The notes beneath the pieces were generated by a model. It did not search any database, was not told the origin of the DNA, and saw only the letters and a program-made list of their open reading frames with translations. Of a DNA stretch of 64,000 nucleotides, positions 35,421 to 44,638 are shown one piece after another; the first letter of the stretch is position 1; each line of letters opens with the position of its first letter. The DNA comes from Candidatus Falkowbacteria bacterium. Lineage in GTDB: Bacteria; Patescibacteriota; Patescibacteriia; Patescibacteriales; WJLG01. Location: assembly GCA_963747695.1 (NCBI GenBank), contig CAVVFV010000010.1, positions 69,618 through 133,617 on the forward strand, in the 5' to 3' direction. Position numbers and translations under genes: made by a program.

Positions 35421-36980
35421 CTATTTCTTTTCCAACAATAAAACTTGCGCCGTATCATTCGAGCCATTAGGCCAACTACCTACTTCAGTGAAACCGCGGG
35501 CTTTAAGCCAATCATAGACGATGTTATAAATGCCAGGGAAAGCGCCATTGCCGTCGGAAACAAGAAAAAAAACTCGTCGGGAGTCTCCCAAAAGATCACT
35601 CAATTGTCCGACAGTAGCCTGATTGGTCGTCGGATAAATATTGGATTTAATCGCCGAGAGCAGTTGATCGCCGCTGCGATATTTTTCATCCAAGGGAGCG
35701 CCGACAGGAAGTTTTCCCCGGTAATAAAAATTAAGCGACAAAACATTAGTATAGAGCGACCCGACGACTTTATCGCCGGGGCGTTCATTTTGGCTAATGT
35801 AATCAGCCGCGCCTTGCCAATTATCACTAATCAATGTCACCCGGGACAGGGCGGAAAACGATAAGACGGTCAGAACAATATAAAGGAAGATCACAACCGC
35901 CCGCCAGCTCCGGTCTAACCGGAAAAAACCATAGCCGAGCAGTAAAAAAAGACCGATGGCCGGAATTATGGCGTAACGCAAAACATATAAATGTACAGAA
36001 AACAAACCGGCGAAGGAAAGAATAAAAATCACCAGGCAGAAAAAGGTAGCGGGAGTCAGGAAAACCCGCACATGGAAAGATTTTATTTTGTCCCAGTTGA
36101 CTGCCGCAAAAGCCGAAAATCCTAAAATAGCCAGCAGAGAAAAAGCCAAAACTTCGAAAAAGTATTGATTGAAAGGCGTCAAATACATTAAAGAATCAAA
36201 AAAGGGAATGATCCAAAATTGTGCGCCTTGAGTTTGAAAATACCAGGCGCTCCCCCCGAGGGAGCTAAGATGCAGCCGCCAAAAATACCAGAACCAAGAA
36301 CCGTAAACGGCGAAGATGATCAGCGTCGGAAGCCAAAAATTTCTCAGTATCTCTTGAATCTTCTTTTGCCGGGTTAAAAGGAGATAAAGCAGATAGACTC
36401 CCTCGAGCGCGATCACCAGCCCGGCGGTCAGATGGGAAAATAAAGCCGTTAAAGTAAAGAGCGTAAAGAGAGCAGCAATGGTAAACATTCCCCGGCCGCG
36501 CGCCTTGATCAATTTCCAAAAAAATAAAAAGGAGAGGACGGCCGTCAAAAATAGCATCGAATACATCCTGGCCCAGACGCCGTAAAAACAAAAGAGCGGC
36601 GAAAAAGCATAAAGCGCGGCAGCCGCCAAGCCGGCCCGGCGCGAAGCGAAGATTTCTTTCCCCAAAAAATACAAAGCGATGATCGCCGCCAAACTTAATA
36701 AAACCGAGGACAGATGAGCCGAAATTTCCGAGGTACCAAAAATCGCGAACCAAAAATGCAAAAAATAATAATGGAGCGGCGGATGCATTTCCCATTTAAC
36801 ATAAGACCAAATTTGCGCCAACGGTTTTTCCGCCACCGAGAAAGAGATCATTTCATCGAAGGTCAAGCCTCGCAGCAGGGTAAGCACCCAAAGCCGGGCA
36901 GCCAAACCGGCCGCGGTTATGACCGACAAAATAAACCAAGTCTGTTTAAATATTTTTTTGGAAAAAAATTCCGGCTTCAT
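35421..36980 (-). CDS. Polytopic GT-C glycosyltransferase (ArnT/PMT, GT39/GT83-like)
   Basis: 519 aa with more than 10 hydrophobic helices and a C-terminal soluble domain. It directly follows a polyprenol-phosphate sugar synthase gene. Confidence 0.7.
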   Translation of the reverse strand: MKPEFFSKKIFKQTWFILSVITAAGLAARLWVLTLLRGLTFDEMISFSVAEKPLAQIWSYVKWEMHPPLHYYFLHFWFAIFGTSEISAHLSSVLLSLAAIIALYFLGKEIFASRRAGLAAAALYAFSPLFCFYGVWARMYSMLFLTAVLSFLFFWKLIKARGRGMFTIAALFTLFTLTALFSHLTAGLVIALEGVYLLYLLLTRQKKIQEILRNFWLPTLIIFAVYGSWFWYFWRLHLSSLGGSAWYFQTQGAQFWIIPFFDSLMYLTPFNQYFFEVLAFSLLAILGFSAFAAVNWDKIKSFHVRVFLTPATFFCLVIFILSFAGLFSVHLYVLRYAIIPAIGLFLLLGYGFFRLDRSWRAVVIFLYIVLTVLSFSALSRVTLISDNWQGAADYISQNERPGDKVVGSLYTNVLSLNFYYRGKLPVGAPLDEKYRSGDQLLSAIKSNIYPTTNQATVGQLSDLLGDSRRVFFLVSDGNGAFPGIYNIVYDWLKARGFTEVGSWPNGSNDTAQVLLLEKK

Positions 36981-37694
36981 TTATTTAAGATCATTCTTAT
37001 TGAATCGCAGCAGCAAAACCCGTAGCAGCGCTTCGCAAAATATTTTAAAACTGAATTTGGATTTTCCCGCTTCCCGCTCGGCGAAAATAATTGGAATCTC
37101 CTTGATGGTGAATCCTTGCCGATAAGCCAAATAAGTCGTTTCGATCTGAAAAACATAGCCCTGGGAATCGAGCGCCGCCAGATCGATCTTTTCCAAAACC
37201 GCCCGCCGATAGCCTTTAAAACCGCCGGTCAAATCGCGGATGGGCACGCCCAGGATCACGCGGGCATAGATATTTCCCAGCCAACTCACCGCTCTTCTGG
37301 TTAAGCCCCAGTTCTTGATGCCGCCGCCTTTGACGTAGCGTGAACCCAAGACCAAATCGGATTTTTCCAACTCTTTCAAAAAATCCGGCAGATAACGGCT
37401 GTCGTGGGATAAATCCGCGTCCATTTCCATAATATAGTCGGCGCCGGCATCCAACGCCGCTTTAAAACCGGCGATATAAGCGGAGCCCAAACCGCCTTTT
37501 TGGCCGCGATGGATCACCTCGATTCCGGAAAATTCCGCCTTAAGTTCCTCGGCCAATTGACCCGTGCCGTCGGGAGAATTGTCGTCGACAATGGTCAAAA
37601 AGATATTTTCCAGTCTTAAAGCCAAAATTTCCTTAACCAATCTGGCTAAATTATTTTTTTCATTATACGTCGGGATGACGATGATCGTTTTCAT
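36981..37694 (-). CDS. Polyprenol-phosphate mannose/glucose synthase (GT2, DPM1-like)
   Basis: 237 aa; IPTYNEKNNL, TIVDDNSPDGTG, MDADLSHD. Confidence 0.88.
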   Translation of the reverse strand: MKTIIVIPTYNEKNNLARLVKEILALRLENIFLTIVDDNSPDGTGQLAEELKAEFSGIEVIHRGQKGGLGSAYIAGFKAALDAGADYIMEMDADLSHDSRYLPDFLKELEKSDLVLGSRYVKGGGIKNWGLTRRAVSWLGNIYARVILGVPIRDLTGGFKGYRRAVLEKIDLAALDSQGYVFQIETTYLAYRQGFTIKEIPIIFAEREAGKSKFSFKIFCEALLRVLLLRFNKNDLK

Positions 37695-38314
37695 ATCTTT
37701 TTAACCACAAAAAACCAATGTAATTTTAAAGGTTGGGAATAAATTTTGATAATCTGGAAAAAGGGACTCAACAGATCAATCACTTCATCCTGGTTGCGGT
37801 GCCGATGATACGGCTCCGCGTGGAAATGCCGGCGCGAAAAAGACAGCTTCCTGAATTTCCACAGCCATGAGTTGCCGGGCACCGACCCGATCAGCACGCC
37901 ACCTTTGCCGAGAACGCGGCTGATTTCCGCCAGAGCCAGGTCCGGCCGGAGCAGATGTTCCAGCACTTCGCTGCAAACGACGGTGCCGAAAAAATCATCG
38001 GGAAAAGGAAGCGTTTTTTCCAAATCGGCCAGATAATAATTATTTTCGGGAGCATTTAGCTTGGCCTTATCGAGATTACGCGGATTAAGATCCGCCCCGG
38101 CCGATTGAGGCGGCAAATGCCGGGAGATCAATCCGGTTCCGCAGCCCGCATCCAAATATTTTTCCCGTCCGAACTCTTGGATCAGTTTGATCAGTTCATT
38201 TTCGCGGAAGCGGTGCAGCAAAGTTTCCGGTCCGACAAAATGATCAGCGGCTTCCGCCCAATCGTAATCTTCCACTTCCTGATAATATTTTTTTACTTTT
38301 TCGTTATCAATCAT
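37691..38314 (-). CDS. Class I SAM-dependent methyltransferase
   Basis: Motif I is YLDAGCGTGL. The ATG at 38314 is preferred over the TTG at 38323. There is a 4-nt overlap with the downstream GT2 gene. Confidence 0.8.
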   Translation of the reverse strand: MIDNEKVKKYYQEVEDYDWAEAADHFVGPETLLHRFRENELIKLIQEFGREKYLDAGCGTGLISRHLPPQSAGADLNPRNLDKAKLNAPENNYYLADLEKTLPFPDDFFGTVVCSEVLEHLLRPDLALAEISRVLGKGGVLIGSVPGNSWLWKFRKLSFSRRHFHAEPYHRHRNQDEVIDLLSPFFQIIKIYSQPLKLHWFFVVKKI

Positions 38315-38323
38315 ATTTACCAA

Positions 38324-40078
38324 TCAATTATTCGTCCGGACAAAAATTTCCGCCGTCCCGTCGTTATAAACGGAATGCCACTGCGCTGAACCCCGCAAGT
38401 AATCGAGCAAGCCGAAACTGTCTTTTATCTCGTTGGTGATATTACCCTCGTTAAGCGAAAAATACCATTTTTCCCAATTTTTTACTACCGGATAATCTTC
38501 CTTGGGATTGATCAAAACCAAACCGATATCGTAATATTGCAATTGGCCGGCCATTTTCTGCTTATCCAAAAATGCGCCGTATTCTTCGAGCACGGTTCCG
38601 CCATGCAAAGGATATTCCGGCAAACGGCCGTCGCCGAATAATTTTCTTTCCGGGTATTGCCAGATCAGATATCCGCCCCAGCCGTAATCATTAAAAATGT
38701 TCAAATCGTTCCATTCCGGATGCGACCGCAAAAAAGCTACCGCTGCGTAAGGATAAGCATTCTGATAGGTTTTTTCCGGATGGTTGGTGAAATTAATTTT
38801 AAAAAAAACGAGAGTGCCGGCCAGGAGCAAAACCAGGGATAAAAAGATCAAAAGCAAATTATTTAAATTAAAAAAATTACGATTAGCTGCCAAGGCCGGT
38901 GCCGCGGCGGCGGCGGACTTTTTTTTCTTCAAGAAAATAAAGTCCAAAAAGGATTTCCGCGGCGGCGGCGTTCCCAATGATGTCTGGTTTGGCGGCGTGC
39001 GCCGCGAAAAACTGAACTTAAAAAAATTAATAAAAAATTGAGCGATGATCGGCAAAGAAACGATGAACAAGAGCGGGAAATGCCGGCGCGCCATAATGGC
39101 CATCACTGTGAAAAGCAGGAGCAGGATCAGTTCGTAAAGATCAACCTTGCGATAATGATCGCCTTTTAAGATAAAGACCGTGACCAATAAAAACGCTAAC
39201 CAGATCAAAACTATTTCCACAAAAAAAAGCTGCGGATAAATGAAAGGAAACGCATATTGCCCCTGCCACTCCGAAAGATGAGCCTGAAAATAAGTGTCGC
39301 GCAACCCCAGAGAAAATTGATAGAGGCGCCAGCCATAAGGAGTGGCGAAAGTTGCCGCCAGAGCGGCCAAGGAAAAGCCCGCAAAAACGCCGACCTGCTG
39401 CCAATTTAAAATCCGGCTGTAATCGATAAAGCGAAACGGAAATTTTTGCGCGCTCCACAATTCCCCGGCTTTAACGACCGTGAATAAAGCCAAAACCACC
39501 AGACCGATAAAAAACCCTCCGTGGGCCGAAGCCCAAAAAAGAAAGAGCGGAATCAGCCATAGCAGCAGCCGATAATCCCTTTTTTTCTGATAGAGATATA
39601 TAATGATAGTTAAAAGGAGCAAACAAAGAACGGTTATTTCCTGAACTCTGACACCCAAAAGCGGCAAACTGGCGTAGGCGCCGAAAGCCTGCAGAAGCAA
39701 AACAAAAAACAGTCCCCGGTCGTTGTCCAAAAAATACTTTCTGGTGAAGGCCAGTTGGATCAGCAAAGCTGCCAAAAAAAGCAGCGCGAACATAATGCTT
39801 AAAACTATATAGCCGAAATAGTGATAAACCAAATAAAGCGCTGCTTCCGATAACCATTCCATATCCACCCAATGCGTACCTAAAAGCGTGTAATCCTCGT
39901 GATTGATATCGGGCACGGCGTGAGTCTGCCAGATTTGTTCGCCCATTTTCAAATGCCAGCCGAAATCCGGATCAAGGTAAGCGAAAGAATTGTAAAGCAA
40001 GAAAATAAAAACAAGGGCGTAAAACACGACCAGCAAGACATTTAACCAAATTTTACCCGGCTTTTTTTCTTCTGACAT
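38324..40078 (-). CDS. Large polytopic membrane protein (possible GT-C-like), with internal low-complexity insert
   Basis: 584 aa and many TM helices. The insert RRTPPNQTSLGTPPPRKS...KKKKSAAAAAPALAA is encoded by GCG-triplet runs around 38880-39000. No family was recognised. Confidence 0.55.
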   Translation of the reverse strand: MSEEKKPGKIWLNVLLVVFYALVFIFLLYNSFAYLDPDFGWHLKMGEQIWQTHAVPDINHEDYTLLGTHWVDMEWLSEAALYLVYHYFGYIVLSIMFALLFLAALLIQLAFTRKYFLDNDRGLFFVLLLQAFGAYASLPLLGVRVQEITVLCLLLLTIIIYLYQKKRDYRLLLWLIPLFLFWASAHGGFFIGLVVLALFTVVKAGELWSAQKFPFRFIDYSRILNWQQVGVFAGFSLAALAATFATPYGWRLYQFSLGLRDTYFQAHLSEWQGQYAFPFIYPQLFFVEIVLIWLAFLLVTVFILKGDHYRKVDLYELILLLLFTVMAIMARRHFPLLFIVSLPIIAQFFINFFKFSFSRRTPPNQTSLGTPPPRKSFLDFIFLKKKKSAAAAAPALAANRNFFNLNNLLLIFLSLVLLLAGTLVFFKINFTNHPEKTYQNAYPYAAVAFLRSHPEWNDLNIFNDYGWGGYLIWQYPERKLFGDGRLPEYPLHGGTVLEEYGAFLDKQKMAGQLQYYDIGLVLINPKEDYPVVKNWEKWYFSLNEGNITNEIKDSFGLLDYLRGSAQWHSVYNDGTAEIFVRTNN

Positions 40079-40130
40079 ACTTTATTATTATAGCAAACTA
40101 TAAGACATAATCCGAACTTTGACACATAAT

Positions 40131-40237
40131 GAGAATACTACGAATTGTTCGCGAATACTACAAATAGATTTAACGAATTTTAATTGAATAATTCGTTAAA
40201 TAGTTCGCTGTATTCGCGAAGAATTCGTAGTATTCGC
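40131..40237. repeat. Intergenic palindrome, F3 family, copy 2
   Basis: GAGAATACTACGAATTGTTCGCGAATACTAC...TTTAACGAATT / AATTCGTTAAA...GTATTCGCGAAGAATTCGTAGTATTCGC. The arms closely resemble 14000-14099. It lies in the divergent spacer. Confidence 0.8.
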
Positions 40238-40252
40238 ATCATGTTTTTTGCA

Positions 40253-40281
40253 TTGACAAAAGTAACTGGTTTTGATATAAT
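40253..40281 (+). promoter_or_regulatory. Consensus sigma-70-type promoter for the CAP-domain gene
   Basis: TTGACA (40253-40258), 17-nt spacer, TATAAT (40276-40281), about 55 nt upstream of the ATG at 40336. Confidence 0.65.
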
Positions 40282-40335
40282 TATCTTAGATAGGATCAAA
40301 ATCGATCTTATCAGAAACAAAAATAAAAACAAAAA

Positions 40336-41013
40336 ATGAAAAATTTGCAAAAACGGGCGAATTCACCGATTTCTCTTTTTTATTGCCTAAAATTAAATAA
40401 CTTTATCTATGCGACTTCCCTTTTTGCCATAGTGCTGGGGATTTTTTTGTGCCCAAAAACGGCTTTGATGGCCTCGATTACTCCTGAGCGGATAATTTCT
40501 TTGACCAACGCCGAACGGAACCGGGCCGGTCTTGATTCGCTTTATTCAAGCGATCGGCTGACGCAAGCAGCCAATGCCAAGGCGCAAGCCATTTTGGATA
40601 GCCAGACCTTCGATCATACCATCAACGGCAAAAAATTTTCCAGCTGGATCAAAGCGACCGGCTATCAATATTATCTGGTGGGAGAAAATCTGGCAATGGA
40701 TTTCATCACCGCCGAAGGAGTAACTAAAGCTTGGCTGGCCTCGCCGGAACATCGTGCTAATATTTTAAATGACGAATACAATGAGACGGGCGTGGGTGTG
40801 GCCGAGGGAAAATTCGCCGGACAAAATACGATCATCGTCGTCCAGCTTTTCGGCGACCCGATCATCAGGTCCGCCCCGATCCCGGAAGGCATTTCCCGCC
40901 TAAATGAAAGAATTGTGCCCGCGGGAAATGGCTCTAATAACTATTTGTCCGCTTATCACCATTGGTTGGGAAACTTATCCTTTTTGTCCGCTCGCCAAAT
41001 TTATTTATTTTAG
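40336..41013 (+). CDS. Secreted CAP/SCP (PR-1, YkwD-like) domain protein
   Basis: 225 aa with an N-terminal hydrophobic anchor; LTNAERNRAGL, GENLA, ASPEHRANIL. It is the only plus-strand gene. Confidence 0.75.
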   Translation: MKNLQKRANSPISLFYCLKLNNFIYATSLFAIVLGIFLCPKTALMASITPERIISLTNAERNRAGLDSLYSSDRLTQAANAKAQAILDSQTFDHTINGKKFSSWIKATGYQYYLVGENLAMDFITAEGVTKAWLASPEHRANILNDEYNETGVGVAEGKFAGQNTIIVVQLFGDPIIRSAPIPEGISRLNERIVPAGNGSNNYLSAYHHWLGNLSFLSARQIYLF

Positions 41014-41033
41014 AAAAAATTTAATACCACTAT

Positions 41034-41066
41034 CAAAAAATATCCGTCGAAACGGATATTTTTAAT
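41034..41066. terminator. Bidirectional intrinsic terminator between convergent genes
   Basis: AAAAAA-ATATCCGT-CGAA-ACGGATAT-TTTT: an 8-bp stem flanked by A and T runs. Confidence 0.75.
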
Positions 41067-41092
41067 TTTGCATTTTTAATTTGTAATTGATT

Positions 41093-41710
41093 CTAGTCTG
41101 CGCCGTATACTCCGCGGGAATAATCATTATCGTTTTTAATCTTCAGAATAAACCGCTCAATGTTGACTTGGTGATTATTGTCGTCAAAAACCACTTCCGC
41201 CAGATATTTATCATGTTGTTCATGATAAAAAATCAAAGCGCGATTAACATTGATAAAATCGACTGCATCCACTGCTGAACTGCCGTCGCCCGCGCCATTC
41301 GTGGCAGCCAAGGTGGAAATATTTTGACGGGTGTAGGCCTCCACCTCGCCCATCATCCGGTCAAAATTATCGGCGACAGAATTGACGCGCGGGGCGGCAT
41401 CGACCGCGACTATCCTTTGCTGTTTGACTCCGTAAGCGAATTGCAAGCTAACGCTAAAAACAAAAACCAGGAAAACCACGGCCATAACTGAAAAAAGAGA
41501 ATAAACCGCCACACCAAGATAAAAATTTTCTTGTTTCTTCTGAATTTTTTTTCTCTGCCTCATATGATTATATAAAATAAATAAAATTGGCAGGGCGGCA
41601 ATCAGCCAAAATTTACCGTCCGTTAATTTTTTCCGGACAACCTTAAAATAACGGTTTTTGCGTTTTACCTTGAAGTTTTTCGGCTGCAGAAAAAATTTTA
41701 ATTTCGCCAT
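41093..41710 (-). CDS. Hypothetical membrane protein
   Basis: Two hydrophobic helices and no motif. The first ATG is at 41710 (the ORF-track 41722 is TTG). With that start it overlaps the upstream gene by 68 nt, so the start is uncertain. Confidence 0.4.
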   Translation of the reverse strand: MAKLKFFLQPKNFKVKRKNRYFKVVRKKLTDGKFWLIAALPILFILYNHMRQRKKIQKKQENFYLGVAVYSLFSVMAVVFLVFVFSVSLQFAYGVKQQRIVAVDAAPRVNSVADNFDRMMGEVEAYTRQNISTLAATNGAGDGSSAVDAVDFINVNRALIFYHEQHDKYLAEVVFDDNNHQVNIERFILKIKNDNDYSRGVYGAD

Positions 41711-42905
41711 ATTGTCCGTCAAAGCCGGGCTTAATTTCTAATTTTCCTTCTCTAACCCTTTTTATTCCCAGCGCGACGAGGGGCAGAATTTTTTCCGCTA
41801 TTTTTTCAAGCGGCAAATCCATCAAAATGGATAATTCCGGTCCAAGCTGTTTGATCAACCGATCATATTCGGTTTTCACCTTTTTTGAGCTGCGCGATTT
41901 AACCCCCAAAGCCTCGGCGATTATTTTGTCCAGTTCAACCAATTTGATATAGGGATAACTTTTGGGCGACTTGCCGCCCTCGGGGCGGTCCGCCAGTTCC
42001 TCGACGCGGGAAAGCACTCCGACAGTCAGAGGTTTCTTGCACACCGGGCAAATGCCTTTATGCTTCTTGGTTTCCTCGGGCGTAAAAGAAATATTATGCG
42101 CGGCATGGCCGTCATAATGATACATCCCTTCTTCCGGATAAAATTCGATCGTCTTAATGATCTTCGTTAAATCCTTATTCTTTATTATATCATAAATTTC
42201 TTGATAGGAAAAATCGTTTAAGTCAAACACGTTACATTCTCTTCCTAGATTAGCCAAGCTATGCGCATCGGAATTTGAAAGTAGCGTCAAGTCGTCAAGC
42301 GCGGATAACCGCCAATTCATTTCCGGGTCGCTCGACAAACCGGTTTCATAGGCATAAATATTTTTCGTCTGTTCGCGGAAACATTCTTCCATCTTATCAA
42401 ATCCGGATTTGGAACCGAACACCGAAAACCAAGGAGTCCAGATATGCGCCGGATAAATCAGAAATTGCGGATGAATGCTCAAACAAATTTTTACCAAGTC
42501 CGGAGCCGACATGCCCAAGATTGGGCGTCCGTCCGAGCGGATATTGAATTTTTTGTCCAGATATTCGTTCAACTTTTTGGCCGCCGCGATATTCGGCGCC
42601 ATAATTACCAGATGAATCCGCCGGGCGTGCGGCCCGCCGTCTTTGTAGATCAGGGCGACTTCGGTCGAAAGAATGAATTTTATCTTATCATCGGCCGCCT
42701 TCTTTAATTTATATAATCCTCCGCCCTTTACTTCTTCCAATTCGTCTTCGATATTCTTGAACCACAAAGGATAAGTAAAATCGCCGGTGGCAATGATATC
42801 GATACCCTTGATCCGACAAGCCGCGTCGATATTGCCCAAAGTCAGCGCGCTGGAGCAGGCGCGGGAATATTTCGAATGGATATGGAAATCTAAAATTTGT
42901 TTCAT
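41643..42905 (-). CDS. Endonuclease Q-like PHP-domain nuclease
   Basis: 420 aa. It is collinear with my memory of archaeal EndoQ: DFHIHSKYSRA, GLSSDPEMN, LSNSDAHS, the zinc knuckle CPVCKKPLTVGV, and the C-terminal GFDGQYGEIKIF. Confidence 0.8.
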   Translation of the reverse strand: MKQILDFHIHSKYSRACSSALTLGNIDAACRIKGIDIIATGDFTYPLWFKNIEDELEEVKGGGLYKLKKAADDKIKFILSTEVALIYKDGGPHARRIHLVIMAPNIAAAKKLNEYLDKKFNIRSDGRPILGMSAPDLVKICLSIHPQFLIYPAHIWTPWFSVFGSKSGFDKMEECFREQTKNIYAYETGLSSDPEMNWRLSALDDLTLLSNSDAHSLANLGRECNVFDLNDFSYQEIYDIIKNKDLTKIIKTIEFYPEEGMYHYDGHAAHNISFTPEETKKHKGICPVCKKPLTVGVLSRVEELADRPEGGKSPKSYPYIKLVELDKIIAEALGVKSRSSKKVKTEYDRLIKQLGPELSILMDLPLEKIAEKILPLVALGIKRVREGKLEIKPGFDGQYGEIKIFSAAEKLQGKTQKPLF

Positions 42906-43093
42906 ATTATCGATATCTTAGCATCTTTGATTCGATTTTGGCAAAAAATGTGAGGAGAGTAAATTAGTTGATTAGTTGATTGGGTACTTAGTTGTAAATT
43001 TTTTTAAGCTCTCAGTTAAAAAAACGTCAGCGAAAAGCTAACGGTTTTTTATATACGGTAATCAAATAATTATACCAAAAATAAATTTCCTTA

Positions 43094-43246
43094 AAGCGAG
43101 CATTGAAAAATTTCGGAATAAGCACGAGTGTAGAAGCCGTGCAAAATCGCGATGTCCGAAGTCCAGCGATTTTGCTAGGCTTCTTAGCGAGTGCGCCGAA
43201 ATTTTTCCTGCGAGCAATCATTTGTGCTTTTTTTTAAAAAAGTAGC
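43094..43246 (+). repeat. Structured repeat, copy B (minimal form)
   Basis: S1 43105-43116/43196-43207, S2 43133-43138/43178-43183, S3 43141-43150/43166-43175, a 15-nt apical loop, and an A/T palindrome at 43225-43246. The strand is tentative. Confidence 0.75.
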
Positions 43247-43251
43247 AAATA

Positions 43252-44634
43252 CTATATAATTTCCTTGAGTCCCTTGATCATCTTTTGCGCCAATTCATCA
43301 GCCTTGTCCGGCGAATCGCTTTCCGCGTAAATACGGGCGATCGGCTCGGTATTAGATGACCTGACCTGCACCCATTCGTGATCAAAATCAATCCGCAAAC
43401 CATCGACTCTATCGATTGAAAAATCGCGATATTTTTCTGCCAAGCTTGAATAGATCGGCGGCCAATCGATCTTGCCGGCCAATTCTATTTTATTCTTCGC
43501 GATAAAATAAGCCGGGAAAGTCTTTCTTAATTCCGAACATTTACCTTTAAAATCAGCCAGTCCGCTTAAAAATAAAGCGATGCCAACCAGCGCGTCCCGG
43601 CCGTAATGCAACTCGGGATAGATCACTCCGCCATTACCTTCGCCGCCGATAATCGCTTTCACTTCTTTCATTTTCGCCACCACATTAACTTCGCCCACGG
43701 CCGAAGAAAAATATTTCCCGCCGTGTTTTTCGGTGATATCTTTTAGCGCTCGGCTGGATGACAAATTGGAAACAGTATTGCCCGGACCGCTTTTGCTCAA
43801 AACATAATCAGCTACGGCGACCAAAACATATTCTTCGTTAAAAAAACTCCCGTCTTCACTGACTATCGATAAGCGGTCGCCGTCGGGATCGACCACGATG
43901 CCAAGATCGCATTTTTTTTCCACCACCAGAGCGGACAAATCGGCCAAATTTTTATCAAGCGGCTCCGGCGAATGGGCAAAACGTCCGGACTGATCGCAAT
44001 TCAATTTCTCGATTGCGTTTATGCCCAATCTTTTTAGAAGTTCAGGGATGTCTCGTCCGCCGACCGAATTTATTCCATCGACTGCAATTTTTAAATCACG
44101 CATGGCGATCGCCGGCCGATCTACCAAACCCAAGGCTAAAATTTTATCCAAATGTTGATTTAACAAAAAATCATCGCAGATTATTTTACCAAAATCTTTT
44201 TCCGCGGCTAAATCAAATCGCGAATCTTCAGCAATCGTTAAAACTGATTCGCCTTCAACCTTGGACAGGAATTCTCCGCTCGGCCCCACCAACTTCAAAC
44301 CGTTCCAGCCATTGGGATTATGCGAAGCAGAAATAATAATACCGCCGGAGGCCTTACTGGATATGACTGCCATCTGTAAGCCGGGAGTTGACAATAGACC
44401 AGCGTTGATAACTTCGACGCCCAAACTTACTAAGGCATTAGCCGCCAAATTTTGATAAATTTCCCCGGAAGGACGCGCATCGCGGCCGATGATCACTTTG
44501 GGCCGCTTGGATTTATCTTTCAAAAATTGGCCGAAAGCCATGACAAATTTAACCGTCTCAAGCGCTCCCAGGCCTTCACCGGTTCGGCCGCCGATCGTGC
44601 CGCGGATGCCAGAAATTGATTTGATCAATGTCAT
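43252..44634 (-). CDS. Phosphohexomutase (phosphoglucosamine mutase / phosphomannomutase-like)
   Basis: 460 aa; SGIRGTIG, active-site loop ISASHNPNGWNGLK, VDPDGDRL. Confidence 0.88.
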   Translation of the reverse strand: MTLIKSISGIRGTIGGRTGEGLGALETVKFVMAFGQFLKDKSKRPKVIIGRDARPSGEIYQNLAANALVSLGVEVINAGLLSTPGLQMAVISSKASGGIIISASHNPNGWNGLKLVGPSGEFLSKVEGESVLTIAEDSRFDLAAEKDFGKIICDDFLLNQHLDKILALGLVDRPAIAMRDLKIAVDGINSVGGRDIPELLKRLGINAIEKLNCDQSGRFAHSPEPLDKNLADLSALVVEKKCDLGIVVDPDGDRLSIVSEDGSFFNEEYVLVAVADYVLSKSGPGNTVSNLSSSRALKDITEKHGGKYFSSAVGEVNVVAKMKEVKAIIGGEGNGGVIYPELHYGRDALVGIALFLSGLADFKGKCSELRKTFPAYFIAKNKIELAGKIDWPPIYSSLAEKYRDFSIDRVDGLRIDFDHEWVQVRSSNTEPIARIYAESDSPDKADELAQKMIKGLKEII

Positions 44635-44638
44635 ATAC

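Noticed and set aside
36265-36795. A 176-aa alternative-frame ORF inside the GT-C gene; likewise 39141..39458 and 39471..39872 inside the 584-aa membrane-protein gene.
   Set aside because: The main frames give coherent polytopic membrane proteins spanning the whole region. The nested ORFs are off-frame.
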